Origin: Nemertoderma westbladi | Taxonomy: Eukaryota; Animalia; Xenacoelomorpha | DNA length: 64,000 nucleotides | Assembly (NCBI GenBank): GCA_032718475.1 | Contig: JAUCBJ010002701.1 | Span: forward strand, 1-64,000 | Reading direction: 5' to 3' | Shown here: piece after piece, positions 27,301 through 36,100 of the stretch | Layout of the letters: each line of letters starts with the position of its first letter | Position numbering within the stretch: position 1 is the first letter of the stretch | The notes under the pieces: generated by a model | Database searches by the model: none | What the model saw: the letters and a program-made list of their open reading frames with translations, nothing else | What the model was told of the DNA's origin: nothing | Position numbers and translations under genes: made by a program

Positions 27301-29721
27301 GTTAAGTCTGGTCCTTTCCCGGTGGTTCCAACTTACCTGCTCCGCGTCCGTCCTTCTTTCCTTATAGTTTCGGGACTTCTGACGTCTCATGTCTTCCTCT
27401 TCATCGCTTGACTCGGTGTCAGTCCTTAGCGCTCGCGATGGTTTGCGCGCCGAGGCCCTGATCCAAGCCTCCTCAATAAATTTCTCGGCCGAATTTTCGA
27501 AATTGGGATTATGGATATTCGGGACAGGCGTCCTTACCTGAGGTCTATGTGGTATAGTCTCCTCCGATATGCGTACTCGTTGACTATGCTGGACTTTATC
27601 TAACTCAGGCCTGCTAGGATTAGAATTACTTCTTACCTGGGCTGCTTCCTTTAACCGTAGGTTGCTAAGCATGTCCGTTATAGGTTGGATGTGCGGCGAT
27701 ATAGCTTGCGCTAAACTAGCACTTAACTCATCCCTCGTAATAAATTCCTGGCTAGGGTTCTGTTGTATAGTCGGCTCTATCTGAGTAATCATCCGCTGTC
27801 TCTCATATGATCCCTCTTCCGGTTTAACCCGGAAGTTCTCCGTCGAACTGGGTCGGCGCTCCGTCCGCGTATTCCAAACCCGCGGGTTCGGTTCGCCCAA
27901 TACTCGGCCCGTTGGAGTCTCTTCTCTAAATTCTCCATTGTCGCGTTCGGTATACAGTGGTGCGGTGTTCCGATGACGTAGATCCTGGGCGATGGGTGAA
28001 GCACCAATACCAACTGGCGTGCGATATGTAGAGAACGGTTTAGCGATCCGTGTACTCGTAATAGCTGGACCGGGTATAGGAATTCTGGTCGTCGTCGACT
28101 CGCGTATGGTCGGAGTTCTCGCTTCCTGTTCGGCCTTCTGCAGTGCGAACAGTTCTCGCAACTCGGTCCCTACACTCGCCCCACATTCTTCGATCATCCG
28201 CATCCCCTTCTCGGCGATTTCATTCGCCTTCCTAGTCCGTTCTTCGCTCTCTAAACTTAATCTCGCACTTTCCAACTGTGCCAGTTTACGTTCTTCTTCT
28301 TCCCTCGCTCGTCGTGCTGCGCTCTCTTCTTCCACTCGCGCCTTCTCTTCATATAATGCGCGTCTTCTTTTCTCGATCTCGAGTTCGCGTTCCTTGCGCT
28401 CGCGTTCGAGTTGAAGCTCGCGTTCCTTCTGTTCCCGCTCGAGTTCCTTGCGCTCGCGTTCGGCTTGAAGCTCGAGTTCCTTGCGCTCGCGTTCGGCTTG
28501 AAGCTCGCGCTCCTTGCGCTCGCGTTCGGCTTGAAGCTCGCGCTCCCTTTGCTCACGTTCCGCCCGTTCGCGCTTACTTATTTCTTCCAACTCTCGCAAC
28601 TCCGCATCCAACTTTCGCGTGCGCTCGCGTTCCCGCTCGGCTTCCTTCCGTGCTTCCGATGCACGCAAAACTTCCGCCTGTTGTTCGTCCAGTCGGCGTC
28701 TTCTCTCCTCCGCCGAGTTGTGCGAAACAAGGGATCTAGCACATATAACCTTACCTCGCGCGTGACTAACCTGGGAATCGCCGCTGTCTCTGGATGCGTC
28801 GTCGGGTGGAGTCAACGTCCTCTGTTGGATGTTCTCCGTCGTCGGTAGCACCTGGCCTGGTACCACCACTCCATTCTGCATCAGCCAGCTAGTAACTTCC
28901 CTTTGATACCGGCGCTCCTCTTTATCTTGGATCTCTTCTCGCTTCACTAAGTCTCTCAACTCTGCGTCACTCACTTGAGTCGCCTGCGTTTGTGATGCCC
29001 ATAGCAGCCAGTTCTCCGTCCTAACTCGTCGGAATCGCTCCGATAACTCGCGGTGCTCCAACAAGGCTGCTAAAACCCTGTCGTAAATCCTCGTCGCCAC
29101 GTCGCTCGACTGAGACTCTACTGCCTTCTTCGCTAGGACTGCAAGCTCCTCCGTCTGCTTGAATAACGCTGAGTTATATCCTCTTCTAATCTCTGCTAAC
29201 TCTACCCTCCCGATGTTCGCTGAGTCGGCTAACATTTTCCTTACCTTGTCCGCCGTCCGGGTTATATGTCCGGCATGCGCGCGAAGTTTCTTCTTTATCG
29301 CAATATCAAGTTCTCTCTCGCTTACCTGACTTACACTTGGTGGACTTGAAGGATTATTTCGGGAACTACGGGTACTCCTTACAGCCGTCGGGACCACGGC
29401 ACTTACCATACCCACAGGTCTGGAAACCGGGCTCCGGGCTCTCGCTTCTGCTACACTACCCTCCCTATCACTCACCTCTGTCCGGGCTGCCGTACAGTCC
29501 TTCCTTACAGTAGCGGTAGGGGATCCTAATACTATTACTTGAGGTTGTTCTTCTTCCTCACTAGTCACTGTCTCGTCCTCCTGTTCACTTACGTCAGCGT
29601 CACTCGCTGCGTCGTCATAGTCGGCATTGTCGTCAACAGTTATGTTTACGCTATCGTCAGTCGGCGGTCCAGCCGCCGTCTCGTAGCTGTCCTCTAGTGC
29701 CTCCTTGTCTGAGACACTCAT
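21346..29721 (-). CDS. gag-pol: BEL/Pao Gag-Pol polyprotein (2791 aa)
   Basis: Gag (PQKFMGN..WRTF..EKFNYL); knuckles CQYC..H..C, CWACLAPGHVRRQC, CMECGRLHHKLLH; protease MLDTAS; RT YLPHHYV, DIEAMFHQV, FYMDD; RNase H FSDAS, PRAELQAA, WTDA, NPAD; integrase HHCC, GVDCFGP, SDKGTNF, WERLV. Confidence 0.97.
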   Translation of the reverse strand: MSVSDKEALEDSYETAAGPPTDDSVNITVDDNADYDDAASDADVSEQEDETVTSEEEEQPQVIVLGSPTATVRKDCTAARTEVSDREGSVAEARARSPVSRPVGMVSAVVPTAVRSTRSSRNNPSSPPSVSQVSERELDIAIKKKLRAHAGHITRTADKVRKMLADSANIGRVELAEIRRGYNSALFKQTEELAVLAKKAVESQSSDVATRIYDRVLAALLEHRELSERFRRVRTENWLLWASQTQATQVSDAELRDLVKREEIQDKEERRYQREVTSWLMQNGVVVPGQVLPTTENIQQRTLTPPDDASRDSGDSQVSHARGKVICARSLVSHNSAEERRRRLDEQQAEVLRASEARKEAERERERTRKLDAELRELEEISKRERAEREQRERELQAERERKERELQAERERKELELQAERERKELEREQKERELQLERERKERELEIEKRRRALYEEKARVEEESAARRAREEEERKLAQLESARLSLESEERTRKANEIAEKGMRMIEECGASVGTELRELFALQKAEQEARTPTIRESTTTRIPIPGPAITSTRIAKPFSTYRTPVGIGASPIAQDLRHRNTAPLYTERDNGEFREETPTGRVLGEPNPRVWNTRTERRPSSTENFRVKPEEGSYERQRMITQIEPTIQQNPSQEFITRDELSASLAQAISPHIQPITDMLSNLRLKEAAQVRSNSNPSRPELDKVQHSQRVRISEETIPHRPQVRTPVPNIHNPNFENSAEKFIEEAWIRASARKPSRALRTDTESSDEEEDMRRQKSRNYKERRTDAEQVSWNHRERTRLNNPAELNHLLTRNDATLRDIGKFAARQGLPTQQPQKFMGNHKHWRTFKTYVDEQLTNSTFTPNEKFNYLLQMHHREPRAIADNFVGNERAFELAMKTLSDIYGNKTKMAQSIVEDLGKGGRITTPLELLNLANAISNALDILRTVNLPHHGDHAEVLKSVIRRLNMRYRQKWRKLENKLESQGKVLTLQHIHDMIATDAVAEMKSNFSEENMRESKPVTGKSMVSFDDDRTTVTFNSVDRYNSSTPAFRSDSRVWSGERLDRPRLKQQELPDGFVGCQYCLLKEVRSDDHKLDSCRRFKELNSEQRRVQVRTLDTCWACLAPGHVRRQCPNSKDGCMECGRLHHKLLHADFHTPTDHYLQRNPHRKGSKEPVSIRRNTYTGIQDDGYQPGSSDEDGESSAREVTCQGFTADSSSTSARTYLSSATSEIFSVIPVKLTGDKGSKRIYVMLDTASTLSYIDEEVVRAVSSFQDAEEIQIELKSMHGVGDLKGHRISVELDSLLPRDQHTRQERKALPLDGFKCLAMKGFGRQLGKVPPMSPIAQEYFDKLRIPRHQVGYRNVSMLIGAEQLIAHQIWETRPAEPHVNGPHAHRTILGWYTRVPMSYEFTGGDKPMNRYDELQPITQPPLVEPPDIDEFRRTCIDHYSDFSESDEELIPDNVRLSEPLHNDRTDSEPEDYCYQTRGSGSAAHATYLTNVLTYTDIVEGQVAKYRDLDIFQYSEEELQKELIRQDLETGARTVEWLDRDAMEPGGYDLAMSTDEKRSLEMMEDTIRLLPTGHFEVGMLWRRQPPKLENNYNLALKRLNGVRARLLKNPDIREKYCAQINNYFAKGFAGKVEDPDLVTDQTYYLPHHYVTHPDKPDKVRVVNDCAAVYRGMSLNSELMDGPNLNNYLIGILLRFRQRRFAFTCDIEAMFHQVRACKADQDSLRFLWYENEDLSGPVVTYQMYVRIFGARDSPNGTLFVLKKTATAQIGKYPVEVIESILRNFYMDDGLVSKDTAEQAIEVAHGLQECLATGGFPLTKFTTNSEALLESFPVKDRGSGDIELGVEPIPMARVLGLAWNPNSDKFQVRVRFEPSSPDKVLTKRICLSTLSRLFDPMNFISPVILQARACMRKIWLSDLEWDEPISPIHAKQWREWEAELHLLKNIDVPRSYFPNQLVFPADLELHLFSDASDTGFGMVAYLRREVSQDKFETAFVTSRSKTMPVKYMTVPRAELQAAVVSVEVSKQITEELDTTLTLFYWTDASLVLVYIAADNIALKTFVANRRAQIVDFSTKEQWRHCPGVLNPADITSRGAMPAEFCQEESQEFWLHGPDFLTRTQEHWPERLKIVTNPMPEDAEVKVEKVSKSKSKAKLKSLERPEESLERPEESLERPEESLERPGDLSDQQTYVTTRSGRVSYDIKPPLQTRRQSQLVSDGQKMTDTMEPLVSKPAGLDSKLPLVSGQPSLALVSCSVYDKLLNSSASWLTICKRTAWLSRYILYLCLKHSEHLREPLSTNSERIRKLKQPLTEDEIDQAELKHLKHYQMCAFPKEFHLLSAQRPVLYKPLRKWSLLIHKGLICHRSRIQTVDINSQFRFPVIIPSHPIELQRAILWDIHKRLHHAGKLHCLSAARQRFILLQPIRAVGTMYDACLVCKRVNARVLEQEMAELPEARVQAYDPPFTNTGVDCFGPIEAKSGWLTHKRWGLLLTCMASRAIHIERVADMSTKSLLLALKRFMARRGLVKAFYSDKGTNFVGGNSELNAAHKAAQNKEISAALLPQRVEWRFNTPESPWRGGSWERLVRSVKQAIAKTLPVNKQLTDDELVTAFIEIEHTLNSRPIAMLPDGVALTPNHLLMQSPAFLVPASEPVSADLYSRKSWKVTQLVAYTFWEYWREYYLPTISTRTKWYKTVRSLQRGDYVLITEPIVKRKYWETGVILHTHPDVQNIVRTVTVKIRCKCPHPKKCKTNGLHTLDRPVQDIVLLEETRIETGDYNLSPVSKQN
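23155..23232 (-). repeat. 21-bp coding repeat (SLERPEE x ~4) in the RNase H-integrase linker
   Basis: Tandem ggccgctccaatgactcttca units. Confidence 0.85.
28380..28560 (-). repeat. 33-bp coding repeat (ELQAERERKER) in the Gag N-terminal coiled-coil
   Basis: Tandem tccttgcgctcgcgttcggcttgaagctcg-type units encoding an E/R/K-rich helix. Confidence 0.8.
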
Positions 29722-30904
29722 AGTCTAAATAATGTTTTGCTTTCCGGCAAAATATATCTCGCAAAGTTCGAGATATAATTATAATTTAACCGAAAATACG
29801 GTCAAATTATTTGTCTAATAATCAGTTAGTCCAAATGTCAAAATAAATTCGCAATGCAATATTGTGAATTTAATGGGGTATATAGTTATAGCAAATACTA
29901 GCAGAATATTTAAACAAAAATATTATTATTTAGCTACTATATAGCATTAAATACCGGTATGACACAAAATAACTTTGAATCTAATACAAAATATTCAAAA
30001 TATACTTGCCGCCCGAATATTTCTAATTTCATATATATATAGCTCTAATCAACGTAATTTTAATTTCAAATATTATATGTATCCACTAGCGCGTGGCTAC
30101 ATCTTCGGGTTGCGACTCTCTCTAACTCTCTCTCTAACTTGAGCGATTCAAAAAACCATGGCCGGCTAAACCTAAATATCCTAACTAATAAATTGAGTTC
30201 AGCTTCGCAGTTAAACAACCGATAATTTTTTACTGCTTCCACAAACACACTGGCGCCAACAGAACAACTAACCTTGTTTGCTGTGAGATTCCACATCCGC
30301 GTCCAAAGATTCAGGCCCTTCGCTGATTGCAAACCGAACCCGCAGACCCACACGAACCCCAAACTCAGAAGTTCCGTCTTGCCATGTATCTCCAGATGGT
30401 ATAAAATAACTAAGCGGTTACCTAACATACCGGTACAAAACTCTAGAATTTTACAAATAATTTTGACCGAAACTGAATTCTCGCAAACCTAGCTAATAAT
30501 TTTCAAAAAACTTACTAATTACAGTTTGCCCTAAGGCCTAAGGAACTGCTGTATTCGCAATTAGCAAAAACGCACTACCGTACATTCACTGTATGCAGTA
30601 CAGTAAGTAAAACAGTACACCAACTTAACAGCCTAATGATACTGTGTGTGGTACGGCAAAACAAATGTCCCTTCTACCGTACGCAGTAACAGCAATCAGC
30701 CTAATGTACTACTGTACTATTGTACGCAGCCAGTGAATACAGTAATCTAAACTAACAGCCTAAAAATACACTATGTGTTCTACCGTACGCTAGCCTATAG
30801 CCTACAGCAGACGATCACGTGCTCCAACTTATTACTTAATACTGTGATACTACTAATCAGCCTAAGAATACTCTATTACTGTACGCTACAGCCTACAGCA
30901 ACAA

Positions 30905-30916
30905 TGCGCGTATTAC
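30905..30916 (-). other. Non-tRNA primer-binding site candidate (GTAATACGCGCA)
   Basis: Directly abuts the 5' LTR end, lacks TGG, and is the exact complement of the LTR-internal 12-mer at 31986-31997 and 15257-15268. Confidence 0.6.
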
Positions 30917-31105
30917 TGATAAACAACCGCGACCTCTATACTAACAGCAGAACTGTTGAACAGACAAATACCCGTTAATATCCTTCTGTCAACCTAATAA
31001 GTTCTCGTCTAACCAATAAGACACAAAGACTGCTCTACTGTTAAGTAAAGGGGATCAGGAGCGTGCTATTACTAAATTGTAAGGGTTGCTAAATACAAAA
31101 CCGCT

Positions 31106-31114
31106 ACTTACCTT
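31106..31114 (-). promoter_or_regulatory. Candidate major splice donor in the LTR (AAG|GTAAGT)
   Basis: Perfect consensus donor about 190 nt upstream of the LTR end. Confidence 0.4.
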
Positions 31115-32560
31115 TGGATGGCGCTAATCTGCCGTCCGCTAATATATTTTACTAAATTTACACAACTCCTGCAAAATCGCTTGTTCCTTTCTCTACCGAT
31201 TGCTCGATAGAGAGCTAACTGTTCGAATCTATGAGCCACGCGGGAATAACCAAAACAATAAACCCGAGTCGGCTCCCTAAGCTTACTTAAGACGAGTGCG
31301 AGAGGCCTTGCACTCAGAGTATTCTTACGCCTAATTCTATCACTATTAAAACACGCTATTGTCTACGTCTTTTCTAATCGCGAATACTGGGGGTTCTCTA
31401 ACGTAATGTGTGAATGCGAGAATATTTAAATAATCAAATGATACAGTAATTGTTTCTACGTGGATAGTACCGCTCTGGGTCTAAACTTGCCTGCCGCTGG
31501 CTTTAGGCCAGCAAATTACTAGCGTATTGTGCGTACCGAATAGTGCGATCTAGCTGATTGCCCGCTAATGCAAATAACCGCTCAGCGTGGATTGTTTACA
31601 GTACTCTAATTATTACCTTAGCTACTCTCCGCTATGCTGCGTACTAATTCTTAATTTTTTACTAATCAATTACAGTCACAAATATTTAACAGCGTACTAA
31701 TTACTAAGAGTTCCAGAATGCGTAATTCTAATTTATCACGCAACAGGTTTCACTAGTAATAGCCTAAATTGCCGTATTACTTTGACCTAATCAGTAACTA
31801 ATTGTTGTAACTAAGAAATAGAAATCAATCAAAGAGAAAAGGGCGCCTACCTAAACATTCACAATCATAGGCACACTTCAGTAACACACCAATCAGCGTC
31901 AACAATCACAGTTCGCAATTATGCAGTTAACTACTGTATGGCCCACAATTATGCGACTCACTATTCGTACTCCACACTCAACGTTGTAATACGCGCAGGC
32001 CTCTCCCGGATACATCTAGGTTTCCTAACTAACCCGATTCCTGCCCCCCTAATACTAAATAGAGACAAAACCTGGATCATCAGCCCCCTAGTTACTGTAT
32101 CGGCGAATGGTCTGCGTGTTACAGTGCAATTGCCCGCCCACAACGGTGACTCCCCGCCAGCGTTGCCCGTCTTTGAATCCTCCGCTTTCCCTTAGTCGCT
32201 CAACCCCCCGATGTGCCCACCGCCCACTGGCACCTTAGCCCTCCATTATGCTAATAGCTACCGTAGCGGCGCATGCAAATCACAAAGTCTGACAGTCTCA
32301 GAAATCCCTTAGGATTATTGCGCAGAAAGGAATCACATAGAACCATTAATCAAAAGGTAGAAATCATAGTAATTAGCAGTAATCGAAGGAATTAATTGAG
32401 AAACACAATCAAGAGTAATCGCACTAGCAAATCATTTCAAGAAATTAATCAAAATTAGCAAAATTGCAGAAAATACGCTAAAATATCCGTCAAAAGTGAA
32501 TAGAGACAGCTCAGCAAGTACAAAGGTGATAGCAGTAAGGCTCTACCGGCACACCGCCAA

Positions 32561-32668
32561 TTTATAGGTGATCCGGATGGGGTGATGCAATAGGGTGACG
32601 CAATCGCTCTCCTATTGGCTCTCCAGTCCGCGCTAGCATTAGACCAACCTGGAAGCAGTTAGTCCAAT
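32561..32668 (-). promoter_or_regulatory. Candidate LTR U3 promoter: two CCAAT boxes and TATAAA
   Basis: TATAAA (minus) at 32561-32566, CCAAT at 32614-32618 (minus) and 32664-32668 (plus). This predicts a TSS near 32530-32535. Confidence 0.55.
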
Positions 32669-33105
32669 AAGGAGGCCGGATTGTAGCCCTATTGCCTGCC
32701 CAAACCTCAAATTATTACCATATATGGTAATGGATCATGTCCCTGGCTGCTGAATGGCCAGGACAGCGTCCCTATATGCTAGCCCTATCGATGCTAATAT
32801 CAGCAAGCACAAAATCCAGGGTCCGACTAAACTTGCTACCCTGGAACTATCTACATATATCCTAATACAAAATTACGTAGGTAGGGCTACATACTATACA
32901 AAATGGATGGATTCAAAATATATGGGCGTTTCGATTTCCCTATCTAAATATCATTACGTTATTATGCCTTATCTAAATATTATGCTGCATAACGGACTAA
33001 TATTACATACAGTATAACGGACTAATATTGTGTACAGTATAACGACTAATATTGCATACTGCATAATGACTAATATATGTGGATACAGCGCCATATACCG
33101 TAACA

Positions 33106-36100
33106 GATATATTTATATCCATTGCATCGATTTGATTTATATATAAATGACGTGCATTGTCGTGTTTTGTCTTGCCTTGTCTAACTGCCTAGCCTCCTTT
33201 ATTTGGGATGGATATATTTATATCCATTGCATCGATTTGATTTATATATAAATGATGTGCATTGTCGTGTTTTGTCTTGCCTTGTCTAACTGCCTAGCCT
33301 CCTTTATTTTGGATGGATATATTTATATCCATTGCATCGATTTGATTTATATATAAATGACGTGCATTGTCGTGTTTTGTCTTGCCTTGTCTAACTGCCT
33401 AGCCTCCTTTATTTGGGATGGATATATTTATATCCATTGCATCGATTTGATTTATATATAAATGATGTGCATTGTCGTGTTTTGTCTTGCCTTGTCTAAC
33501 TGCCTAGCCTCCTTTATTTGGGATGGATATATTTATATCCATTGCATCGATTTGATTTATATATAAATGACGTGCATTGTCGTGTTTTGTCTAGCCTTGT
33601 TTAACTGCCTAGCCTTCTTTATTTGGGATGGATATATTTATATCCATTGCATCGATTTGATTTATATATAAATGACGTGCATTGTCGTGTTTTGTCTAGC
33701 CTTGTTTAACTGCCTAGCCTTCTTTATTTGGGATGGATATATTTATATCCATTGCATCGATTTGATTTATATATAAATGACGTGCATTGTCGTGTTTTGT
33801 CTAGCCTTGTTTAACTGCCTAGCCTCCTTTATTTTGGATGGATATATTTATATCCATTGCATCGATTTGATTTATGTATAAATGACGTGCATTGTCGTGT
33901 TTTGTCTTGCCTTGTTTAACTGCCTAGCCTCCTTTATTTGGGATGGATATATTTATATCCATTGCATCGATTTGATTTATATATATAAATGACGTGCATT
34001 GTCGTGTTTTGTCTTGCCTTGTTTAACTGCCTAGCCTCCTTTATTTTGGATAGATATATTTATATCCATTGCATCGATTTGATTTATATATAAATGACGT
34101 GCATTGTCGTGTTTTGTCTTGCCTTGTCTAACTGCCTAGCCTCCTTTATTTGGGATGGATATATTTATATCCATTGCATCGATTTGATTTATATATAAAT
34201 GACGTGCATTGTCGTGTTTTGTCTTGCCTTGTCTAACTACCTAGCCTCCTTTATTTGGGATGGATATATTTATATCCATTGCATCGATTTGATTTATATA
34301 TAAATGACGTGCATTGTCATGTTTTGTCTAGCCTTGTCTAACTGCCTAGCCTCCTTTATTTGGGATGGATATATTTATATCCATTGCATCGATTTGATTT
34401 ATATATAAATGACGTGCATTGTCGTGTTTTGTCTTGCCTTGTCTAACTGCCTAGCCTCCTTTATTTGGGATGGATATATTTATATCCATTGCATCGATTT
34501 GATTTATGTATAAATGACGTGCATTGTCGTGTTTTGTCTTGCCTTGTTTAACTGCCTAGCCTCCTTTATTTTGGATGGATATATTTATATCCATTGCATC
34601 GATTTGATTTATATATAAATGACGTGCATTGTCGTGTTTTGTCTTGCCTTGTCTAACTGCCTAGCCTCCTTTATTTGGGATGGATATATTTATATCCATT
34701 GCATCGATTTGATTTATATATAAATGACGTGCATTGTCGTGTTTTGTCTTGCCTTGTCTAACTGCCTAGCCTCCTTTATTTGGGATGGATATATTTATAT
34801 CCATTGCATCGATTTGATTTATATATAAATGACGTGCATTGTCGTGTTTTGTCTTGCCTTGTCTAACTGCCTAGCCTCCTTTATTTGGGATGGATATATT
34901 TATATCCATTGCATCGATTTGATTTATATATAAATGACGTGCATTGTCGTGTTTTGTCTTGCCTTGTCTAACTACCTAGCCTCCTTTATTTGGGATGGAT
35001 ATATTTATATCCATTGCATCGATTTGATTTATATATAAATGACGTGCATTGTCATGTTTTGTCTAGCCTTGTCTAACTGCCTAGCCTCCTTTATTTGGGA
35101 TGGATATATTTATATCCATTGCATCGATTTGATTTATATATAAATGACGTGCATTGTCGTGTTTTGTCTTGCCTTGTCTAACTGCCTAGCCTCCTTTATT
35201 TGGGATGGATATATTTATATCCATTGCATCGATTTGATTTATATATAAATGACGTGCATTGTCGTGTTTTGTCTTGCCTTGTCTAACTGCCTAGCCTTCT
35301 TTATTTGGGATGGATATATTTATATCCATTGCATCGATTTGATTTATGTATAAATGACGTGCATTGTCGTGTTTTGTCTAGCCTTGTTTAACTGCCTAGC
35401 CTTCTTTATTTGGGATGGATATATTTTTTCCATTGCATCGATTTGATTTATATATAAATGACGTGCATTGTCGTGTTTTGTCTAGCCTTGTTTAACTGCC
35501 TAGCCTTCTTTATTTGGGATGGATATATTTTTTCCATTGCATCGATTTGATTTATATATAAATGACGTGCATTGTCGTGTTTTGTCTTGCCTTGTCTAAC
35601 TACCTAGCCTCCTTTATTTGGGATGGATATATTTATATCCATTGCATCGATTTGATTTATATATAAATGACGTGCATTGTCGTGTTTTGTCTTGCCTTGT
35701 CTAATTGCCTAGCCTTCTTTATTTGGGATGGATATATTTATATCCAGTGCATCGATTTGATTTATATATAAATGACGTGCATTGTCGTGTTTTGTCTTGC
35801 CTTGTCTAACTACCTAGCCTCCTTTATTTGGGATGGATATATTTATATCCAGTGCATCGATTTGATTTATATATAAATGACGTGCATTGTCGTGTTTTGT
35901 CTTGCCTTGTTTAACTGCCTAGCCTCCTTTATTTGGGATGGATATATTTATATCCATTGCATCGATTTGATTTATATATAAATGACGTGCATTGTCGTGT
36001 TTTGTCTTGCCTTGTCTAACTGCCTAGCCTCCTTTATTTGGGATGGATATATTTATATCCATTGCATTGCATCGATTTGATTTATATATAAATGACGTGC

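Larger units (their letters stand above)
14188..33105 (-). mobile_element. Full-length BEL/Pao LTR retrotransposon, 18,918 bp, with an extra exonuclease ORF
   Basis: TG...CA LTRs at 14188-16385 and 30917-33105, 5-bp TSD GATAT (14183-14187 and 33106-33110), and a single Gag-PR-RT-RH-IN ORF with BEL/Pao signature motifs. Confidence 0.97.
30917..33105 (-). repeat. 5' LTR (2189 bp)
   Basis: Direct repeat of 14188-16385; begins TGTTAC and ends TATCA on the minus strand. Confidence 0.97.

Noticed and set aside
21421-28848. Plus-strand and alternative-frame ORFs overlapping gag-pol
   Set aside because: Antisense shadows of a long coding region with no domain motifs.
30251-30258. TGGCGCCA as a tRNA-Lys primer-binding site
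   Set aside because: It lies about 660 nt from the LTR end and the match does not extend beyond 7 nt of the Lys PBS.
30330-30365. Seventh copy of the CAAACC hairpin (gaacccgcagacc)
   Set aside because: The stem would rely mostly on G-U pairs; too degenerate to count.
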